Positions 54,958-64,000 of a stretch of 64,000 nt of DNA are shown piece by piece. The first letter of the stretch is position 1, and each line of letters starts with the position of its first letter. The notes under the pieces are model-generated. The model was not told the origin of the DNA and searched no databases. It saw nothing but the letters and a program-made list of their open reading frames with translations. A program made the position numbers and the translations under genes. Origin of the DNA: Octopus vulgaris (lineage: Eukaryota); NCBI GenBank assembly GCA_951406725.2, contig OX597814.1, forward strand, positions 160,270,001-160,334,000, written 5' to 3'.

Positions 54958-55350
54958 ATGTATACATATATACACACGCAAATACTATATATATATATGT
55001 ATATATGTATGTATATATATATATATATACACTCGCACACATATGTATATACATACACACACGCATACTCATGTACGTATTTAATGAAATATAACTGCAT
55101 ATGGGTGATATATATATATATATATATGCGTGTGTGTGTATAGTCATGTATATATATACATATATGCTTTTATGTACATATAGTTATGGTTGTTTGCATA
55201 TACACGAACAAAAGTATAACTATACACAAATATACAAACATACATACGTATGTATGTATGTATGCATGTATGTATGTATGTATGTATGTATGTATGTATG
55301 TATATATGTTTGTATATATATATAAATATATATGTATATATATATATGTG

Positions 55351-55383
<33 letters not shown>

Positions 55384-55420
55384 ATATATAGAGAAACTAG
55401 AATCAATCAATCAATCAATC

Positions 55421-55480
<60 letters not shown>

Positions 55481-55500
55481 GCATATATACATATATATGC

Positions 55501-55531
<31 letters not shown>

Positions 55532-55924
55532 AGTTAATCTATATATATATACATACGGGAAAACAGAACGGAGAGTGTAGGGAAAATGTGTGTAGTTGTA
55601 TCAAATGGAGATAAAGAAAATAATAGAGAGATGGGTGGGGGTGAAGTGAAAGAAGCGAGTAAAAGCTTGAAATGTACAAGTCTATGTATGAAAGTAGATA
55701 GACCATAATGGAATAATGTTCTCTCATTATTCCATTGTGTTCTACATAGGTGCTTTGGGCTTTATAGCATATGACATTCATATAAACTTTGATCAAATAT
55801 CAGGAAACCCCAGAGCATCAGAACTACAAAAACTGGTTCTTATAGGTAGGAAGATCCTAAGAAATAAGCACTGTCAATTTGAGAATATCTGAACCTGTTA
55901 AAATCTTTCAAAATTGCAAATATT

Positions 55925-56300
55925 GGGTTCAAATATTAGCACAAGGCCTGCAGTTTCGGGCAAGGGGGAAAGTCGATTACATCGACCCTAGTTGCTCAAC
56001 GAGTACTTATTTTATCGACCGCGACATTTTGTGAGTCTAAGTCGACCTCAGCAGAATTTGAACGTTGAACGTAATGACTGACAAAATGCCGCCTAGCACT
56101 TTACCCGGCGTGCAAATGATTAATAGTAAAAATAATCCTTTCTGTTACAGGCACAAAGCCCGAAATTTGGGGGAGGGGGATAGTTGATTACACTGATCCC
56201 AGTACTTAACTGGTACTTAATTTATTGACCCCGAAAGGATGAAAGACAAATTCAACCTCAGCGGAATTTGAGTGACGAAATGGCGCTAAGCATTTCATCC
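55925..56300 (-). mobile_element. Two tandem SINE family B copies
   Basis: agtcgattacatcgacc..tacttattttatcgacc..gaatttgaac; second copy tggtacttaatttattgaccccgaaaggatgaaag. Confidence 0.82.
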
Positions 56301-56369
56301 GTCTTTACGTTCTGAGTTCAAGTCTTTGGACTGGCAATATTTTGGATCCTTATATTAGTCTATGTCGAT

Positions 56370-58050
56370 ATCTCTGTTGAAATTGGAAACTTGAATTGGT
56401 TGTCATGACGACTCTCGAAAATTTCTCGAATTTTCAGTTTAAAGTATCTGTCGTTTCAGTGAAGATGGAGTGCGTTTAAACATTACAATGGTTCCTGAAA
56501 TTTGAACAGGGTGTATACTTGCTAAATTACAGTACAGATCAGGTGGTATTGAAGTTATCAACTACTGTGATGTCTCAGGTACTATATATACTGATAACGG
56601 TGGCCTATTTCTTTTGTGCGGGGACTTATAATAATTTACTGTCCTTGAAACTACCCTCACACATTCCGCGATATATTTTCTAAGAGTTGACATATCTACT
56701 GAAACTGACATCATACCTTGATAGATAAATGATTCAGCTTTTCGTATAGCTTTATTTCGAGAATTGAAGTTATCTCTTTTTTTACATTGGTTGACGGATT
56801 ATTAAATAATTATCCATACAAGTACTTTCAGTGTTCTTGGGTCAGTCATGTGGTGCGAATAACCTGCTACCTACCTATAATGATGTTTTCCTGCAAGCAA
56901 CTTCAAGATGTCTGTATATTATTTTTAGATAGATTGGAATATGTGTGTCATATGGATAAATGCCGCTAGTTCAGATTTAGAAAGTTGTGGATAATATTGG
57001 ATTTTACATAGACTATGTGGAGAGTTGAACCGAATCACGCAGTTACTGTTTTTATCGGTTTGGTTTCATTAGATGGCGTTGCTCCAGATTCGGAAGTAAA
57101 CTTAATTTTTTCTGTATATCCACTATTCTCCAGAAATTTATTGTGGTTTGATCTATGAAAATTTCCTTTGTCCAAGGAGCTACTAGAGCTTCTTCTCCCT
57201 ATATTCTTGAAAATGATTATGCTGTGGCTGTGATTTTTGTCAGTCAAAATGTGCTTGTCGTATGATTTGCATTTACATGCATTGAGGTCTAAAGTAATGT
57301 CTAGAGTTAGCTGCTGTATAGTTCCAGTGGTTTAAGTTCTAGTTCTTTAAAGGTACTGATGAGATTTTATATATCCGTTTATATTGTTAAAACCATCGAA
57401 ATCATTATCACTGTACATCTAAAGCGTTAAATCTAAATATAAGTTTATCAATGATGTACAATCTAACTTGATTACATGCCTAAGTTCGGTTAAAGTAGCG
57501 CATCTTGATACTAACAGATCATTAGTCTTTCACCTCTCTCATGCAGAGCTTGGAAGTTACTTGCGGCATGTAAGGGTTTCTTCTTTTCTACAAATGCTAT
57601 CATTCATTTCAACATCACTGTCATTAGTTTTTGTAACGTATCATTCCATATTCCAGGGTCTTGATGTGGAAGATCTTGGAATCTGACAGACAGAATTCAA
57701 CCACATCCAAGCAGATGAATTTGCGTCTATTTTCATCACTAATACTACTAAACCAATGTACTATAATGCTGGAGTTATAACATGGTCGTAATCTAGTAAC
57801 CTTTCCAACTTTATTATCAATCCAGTTAGTATGTGTTCGCTAACTTTTCCAAGTGTACTCAGAGCAGGATTAGCTTACATTTTGTATTTACTGTGTTCCG
57901 GCTATTATTTTCGGTCCCTAGTTAAACTTATTATAGATGTTTGTGTTAGTTTTTCTGTACTTTTGTGAGATATTGTACATTCAGGGTTTACTGAGAATCT
58001 TTGTCTAGTTTATACATGGTTTCATTTTTCTTGTGACATATCAAGAGAGA
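56370..58050 (-). mobile_element. Highly degenerate Penelope-like element (RT + GIY-YIG)
   Basis: Reverse-strand peptides in order: NISQKYRK, KCKLI.PALSTLGKVSEHIL, HWFSSISDENRRKFICLDVVEF, IFKNIGRR..FLENSGYTEKI, VIRFNSPHS..VKSNI..FLNL, IYQG..KYI.GMCEGSFK, SRHDNQFKF. These are collinear with invertebrate PLE ORFs. Many stops and frameshifts. Confidence 0.78.
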
Positions 58051-58539
58051 GCTTGTAACAGGCGTAATGTCATATTTTAGTTAGGTGAGAAGTTATCTCT
58101 ATATTTTAAAAAAATCTTACTCTGACAGTTATTTCTAGTTCTGCTTGAAAGCTATCAAATCTTTTAATCCGAGGAGAGCAGTTCTGTTTTTGTTTTTTCT
58201 TGTTTTTTCTTAAACTCCTAATGTTGAATGTATTGACGTTCTGTATACACATACATATGCGCAGTTTCAAACACGTACTCATGTATACACACATGCATAC
58301 ACGCACACATACACACATGTGACGACTGTGATGTTAGGCTCTAGTTCTCTAAAGCCACTAATGAGATCTTCGCTTTTTATCTAGATTATGTTTGTTTACC
58401 ATGGACAAGTGGGTATTAAATTACATGTACACGTATAATAAGAGTACATGTACAATAAGAGCTTATTTTCTTTAAGAGGGTATTTTTGATAGTAGGGTCA
58501 TATACTTGATATACGCATATGTAAGTATGCATGTGTGTG

Positions 58540-58623
<84 letters not shown>

Positions 58624-58626
58624 AAT

Positions 58627-58703
<77 letters not shown>
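58540..58703. repeat. (GATA)n microsatellite
   Basis: Direct reading. Confidence 0.97.
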
Positions 58704-58704
<1 letters not shown>

Positions 58705-59947
58705 GCATCATGTATGTGTATATATGCATTGAATTCATGCGTACATATATACATACACTCCTATCTGAACACATACATTCATACACGCGCGTGCGCTTGT
58801 ATGCAGTCGCCACCAGAAATCTTCAAAAAAATAGTCACGACTACTATTTGATAAGAGTAGCAGGCTAGCTAGTTTGGAAAAGGGTGATGTACTAAATTAC
58901 ATACACAAAAAAATTCTTGAATTCTTGAAACTTTGCCTCACTTCGGAGAAAGAAAGAAAAACCTAGCGATAATTGTTTGCAACTTTCTAAGAAAAAGGGG
59001 AGATAATTTCAAGTACTCAGGAATTAATTTTACCGAAATACTTAAAATACATGCTAAATGCATAATATGATCTTTGTTGGCTTGCAATGATATCACCTAC
59101 ATTCGAACGTTTCTGCTTTATTGGTCATCTTCAGCGAAGCATATTCATAATCGATCTTCTTTGATCAGTTGAACGAGATTTTACGTATAAAAGAAAAAGT
59201 GTAGAAAGATGCTTGGTCTGTAGTAAAAAAAAAGTGTATTATGAACTAAGGGAAATAACTCAAATGAATCAATGGTGTAAATTTAGATATGTCAGCTAAA
59301 GACTACGCTTAGATGTATGTTGTTCATTTATAAAGAAAATGTAGTGTTGTGACTACATATTCTTGAGGTGTGAATTAACTGGGAATTGATGCAACTTGTG
59401 ATGCTTTTGTTGTTTAGTCACAGCATTCCATCCATGACCATCCCGATTTTTTTACCCTTTCATTCTATGAATTATATATCTAACATGAATCGTTCGTTTT
59501 TAAAGATAGCAGTGTCTAATTTTAAGAGGATATTGGTTGATATTTTTAGCCTGCTGACAGACCTAGACGCTTAGTCACTAACTCGTGGTCATATCGTTAC
59601 AACAGGATATCTTCTGAGTTTCTCTTCCAGGTGAATGCACATGTCTTGCCAAAGGAATATGAATGGGTTGTAAATGCAGACAGAAGAATAGGAAATACTA
59701 TGATACTGTGTTACATGATTAACAGTGTGTACGGTCAAAGGTGACAACGTATAGGTCTTTACTGTAGAGATGGAAACGAGTTCGAATGACAACAGAATCC
59801 AAAAGTACACCAAATAAGATCAAGTGAGAATATAAGTGAATATTCGTAACTTATGCTGTAATTAATTGATTTTGAAAGAAAGCTCCTGTTTTCGCTGCTG
59901 TTGTAATTGGTGGTGGTAGTGGTGGTGGTGGTGGTGGTAGTGGTGGC

Positions 59948-60094
59948 AACAAATGGCTGGACGTGATTAAGGAAGATCTCCAGAGGCTCGATGTCATCTT
60001 TGAGGGTGAAGAGGGGTTGGCACGGGATTGCCAGTGAGGGAGAGTACTGGGGGACCCCAGCCTCATCAAGCAAAAGTATGAAACAAGCAAGCAA
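59948..60094 (+). mobile_element. Short 3' end of an RTE-clade LINE with a (GCAA)n tail, flanked by (GGT)n
   Basis: KWLDVIKEDLQRLDVIFEGEEGLARD matches the W.D.I..DL.......A.DR..W end of RTE ORFs. Confidence 0.65.
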
Positions 60095-60710
60095 GGTGGT
60101 GGTAGTTGTGGTTGTGGGGTGGTGGCAGTACTGCTGCTGCTGCTGCTGTTGTTGTTGTTGTTGCTAAGCAACAAGACGAGTAAGGGTGATTAGGTGATGG
60201 TCTAGGGCTTAGGGGCGGGAGACCCCAGACCTTTGGTTGTCTTGTTTTAGTCGAGGGCTCTTCGTTGACGCCCGACACCACTGGGAGGTGGCCCTCGAAG
60301 TCGATGGAAATGGAGATTTCCAGGTCCAAATTCTTGAACAGCTGCTGCTGATGCTGCCGTAAGCTCTGATTGACCAAATCTGTGATTGAAGGAATCTAGT
60401 TATGACCAGCCTGCCTTTTATTCAGAAATACTTTATCGACGATTATCCAACAAATGCATCATTTCATTTTCCCAAAAGTTTGTGTCTAAGTTCATCGAGC
60501 TTTGGACTGTTATTTCATGCGGTTTAAGTGGCCACGTAGGCGCTCCCTATATGACACTGCATTAGTCATGCTGTTGTAAGTTGAGGTGCGAGATAGGGAA
60601 GGGAACACTTGTATTCGTTTCTACAACTTTGGCTTTGTCGTCGTTATAGTTGTCATTTAGCCCAGGACAATCTGAATCAGGTGCACCAATGATCAAACGT
60701 GTTCCAGCTA

Positions 60711-60912
60711 TACTTTTTTACTCTTTTACTTGTTTCAGTCATTTGACTGTGGTCATGCTGGAACACCTCCTTTAGTCGAGCAAATCTTTGTAAGCCTAGT
60801 ACTTATTCTATCGGTCACTTTTGCCAAATCGCTAAGTTACGGGACGTAAACACACCAGCATCGGTTATCAAGCGATGTTGGGAGGAGGGAGGACAAACAC
60901 ATACACACACGC

Positions 60913-60948
<36 letters not shown>

Positions 60949-60980
60949 TATTTATTTATTTATATATATATATATATTTA

Positions 60981-61041
<61 letters not shown>

Positions 61042-61169
61042 GACGGGCTTCTTTCAGTTTCTACCAAATCCACTCACAAGGCTTTGGTCGGCCCGAGGCC
61101 ATAGTAGAAATCACTTGCCCAAGGTGCCACCATGTGGTTGGTAAGCAAGCTACTTACCACACAGCCACT
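60711..61169 (-). mobile_element. SINE family A inserted into a family D element
   Basis: ctcttttacttgtttcagtcatttgactg...cttaccacacagccact. Flanks ...gatcaaacgtgttccagcta | tgaccatc... rejoin the family D motif. Confidence 0.9.
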
Positions 61170-61284
61170 GACCATCTGGCCTTCTTCGAAAGGCTGATTT
61201 GTCTTAGAACTACATCAACACCATTAATTAATGTCTTTTGTTCTTGTAATATAATTTACATAAAATACCGCTTGAAATATAGAT

Positions 61285-61498
61285 TCGAAACTTTAGCATA
61301 AGGTCAGCAATGTCGGGGTAGTAGGAAAGTCGGTTACATCAATACCCCCTCCTGCTCAACTGGTGCTTATTTCATCCCCGAAAGGGATGAACAGCAAAGT
61401 CAATCTCGGCAGAATTTGAATTCAGGACATAAAGATGGATGAAATACTGCTAAGCATTTAGCCCAGTATGCTATTGATTTTGCCAACTCGTCACCTTA
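61285..61498 (-). mobile_element. SINE family B, diverged
   Basis: caactggtgcttattt..ccccgaaagggatgaa..gaatttgaattcag..ctaagcatt..gccaactcgtcacctt. Confidence 0.8.
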
Positions 61499-61748
61499 AG
61501 GAACCTCAAAATATTAACATACCATGTTCTTTCTCGGGAGATCCTTTATATTTATTCTTCCTCATTCAACTTTTCAAACAGTTATCTGAGTTCAAGTAAA
61601 TAACTATTTGTTTACGTTATTTAAGTAAATGATCTGGTGTTGCTCATGCATGTATGTATGTATGTATGTATGTATGTATGTATGTATGTATGTATGTATG
61701 TATGCATGCATGCATGTATGTATGTATGTATGTTTGTATGTATGTATG

Positions 61749-61788
<40 letters not shown>

Positions 61789-61830
61789 CATACATACATA
61801 CATACATACATACATACATACATACATACA

Positions 61831-61911
<81 letters not shown>

Positions 61912-61917
<6 letters not shown>

Positions 61918-62040
61918 GAAAAATACAAACTGGGACAAGAACGTAAAACATTTAGAAGACGATACAAAAAACACGGACGGGACATTCGAAGCCTTCAATC
62001 TTCAGTCAAGAACCGGATCATCCTAGCAATTTCGGCTGAT
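61912..62040 (-). mobile_element. Terminal fragment of a probable Penelope-like element within (TA)n (relative of 22511-22703)
   Basis: Reverse strand: gccgaaattgctaggatgatccggttcttgactgaagattgaaggcttcgaatgtcccgtc..ttgtatcgtct. (TA)n on both sides. Confidence 0.55.
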
Positions 62041-62744
62041 TATATATATATATATATATAATAGATACTTGATACAGTCACAGTATTTAAACATTTTTAT
62101 TTTCTGAAAGTTATGAACTATTTAGAAAAGAACCATTATTTAGAGAACAGAATGTTACAAACCTTTATGATAGTTTTCGTATACTGTATATTTTGTGTCT
62201 GCGCTTTCGTTGGTCAACTTTTCAAACAAGCACACGTGTTCTGGGATAATGCATTAGGTTTATTACATTCTGTTTTCTTTAAAAAGAAACCTTTCTCTGT
62301 GTGGGTGTGTGTGTGTATAATTTTATATATTGTGTATATATATATTATATTTTATTATGTTATATATATGTGTGTGTGCGTGAGCGCGCGTGTGTGTGTG
62401 TGTGTGTGTATGTGTGTGTGTGTGTGTGTGTCTATCAGCTATCGCTCTCATACTCATTTTATTATGGCCTTCGTGCTATTCTTCCATACTTTTATGTTCT
62501 TTGTGAAATTCATCTAATTCATTCCCTCCACCTTGTGCTTGTAAGTTATTGTTTCTTTGCTGGTCTCTTAGAATTTTCGTTCGCCAATTGTCGTTCATTT
62601 ACTTGGATGTCCAACAGAGTGAAACACATTGTCACCTGTAACAAACCGCGTCTATTTTAAGGTAACGCAAACATACACACAGTCTTTTTCTCTATATCTT
62701 TTCCTCTCTCTCTCTCTCTCTCTTCTCTCTTTCTCTCTCACTCA

Positions 62745-62783
<39 letters not shown>

Positions 62784-62844
62784 ATGCACACATACAAAAA
62801 GTACCACAGTATTCATTTTTTAGGGAGTTAATAAACATACACAC

Positions 62845-62920
62845 ACACAGACGGACGGACGGACAAACAGACGGACAGACAGACAGACAGATGGGCAGAC
62901 AGACAGACAGATAGACAGAC

Positions 62921-63006
<86 letters not shown>

Positions 63007-63007
63007 G

Positions 63008-63088
<81 letters not shown>
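62845..63088. repeat. (GACG)/(GACA)/(GATA)n compound microsatellite
   Basis: Direct reading. Confidence 0.97.
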
Positions 63089-63089
<1 letters not shown>

Positions 63090-63781
63090 TCTCCTGGACG
63101 TGTGGTGTCGAAACGATTTCCGTGAAAACTTTAATTTTTATGTGTATATACTTGTATGTAAGTGCCAGTATGCATGTATGTATGTATGTATGTATGTATG
63201 TATGTATGTATGTATGTATGTATGTATGTATGTATGTATGTATGTATGCATTAAAAAATGTACAGGAAGCAGCAAGGGTCAAAATAATGGCAGGTTCATT
63301 TATTTTTAAAGGGTACATGCACATTTTATGTGAATGGCATTCACCGAGGGTTTTAATTTAGACCTGCATTTCGTTTGCTTATAATGAATTAATTCCACCT
63401 TGTAAAGCCTCTGCACACACCAGCAAAAGTATTGTTTGCTGTTTCAATATAGGGACAGAAGTACTTGTTTAACACCAAAAGACTTAAGCAGTATATATCA
63501 CTAAGGAGTCATGATTTAGGCGAAGTATCAGTGTCTGATAGCCTGCTGACGTCGTTTGAAGTTTGGTAAAATTTTACACAGAAAATCTAACGAGAGAAAA
63601 TTCAGTAGTAAATACTATTCACGATCGAGATTGCAGGAACGTGTAAAAAGAATAACACATACATACACACAGATATATGTTTGTGTGTGTGTATATATAT
63701 ATATCTATATGATTTATATAATGTTCTGTAGAATGACTAAATAAAAGACTACTCGAGACAATAACATCGGTATACATATAC

Positions 63782-63886
<105 letters not shown>

Positions 63887-64000
63887 GAGATGCTCCTAGT
63901 TGGTTCTAGTTCATTTAGTCCAGAAATAATAAAAAAGATCACCCTAAGAAAGTATATTCTATCAATTCAGACAATGAACTCCAACGGTTGATGGCTGTAG

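Noticed and set aside
59625-59830. Acceptor-like tttctcttccag followed by purine-rich sequence
   Set aside because: No sustained open frame or convincing donor; cannot be supported without transcript data.
60066-60377. 103-aa minus-strand ORF (QHQQQLFKNLDLE...)
   Set aside because: Non-ATG start, no recognisable domain, and it runs into trinucleotide repeats.

Overview
Eukaryotic, AT-rich, extremely microsatellite-dense non-coding DNA (intergenic or a large intron). I infer a coleoid cephalopod, most likely an octopus, from the SINE families and the simple-repeat load; this is not proven. No host protein-coding exon, rRNA, true tRNA or CRISPR array can be supported, and nearly all ORFs in the track are translated microsatellites. 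The window is a transposon graveyard. It holds at least four SINE families, truncated CR1 and RTE LINEs, several R4/Dong-type LINEs with a restriction-like endonuclease (one with only two 1-bp frameshifts), Penelope-like elements (one with a minimal hammerhead motif), a probable decayed Gypsy, hAT/piggyBac/long-TIR MITEs, and a near-identical 1.55-kb tandem duplication. The main observation is a 39-40 nt 3' stem-loop with compensatory base changes. It is shared by two different R4/Dong LINEs and a non-coding ~490-bp element, all associated with (AAT)n, which suggests an autonomous/non-autonomous microsatellite-targeting system. More broadly, different retroelement families appear to occupy different microsatellite types.
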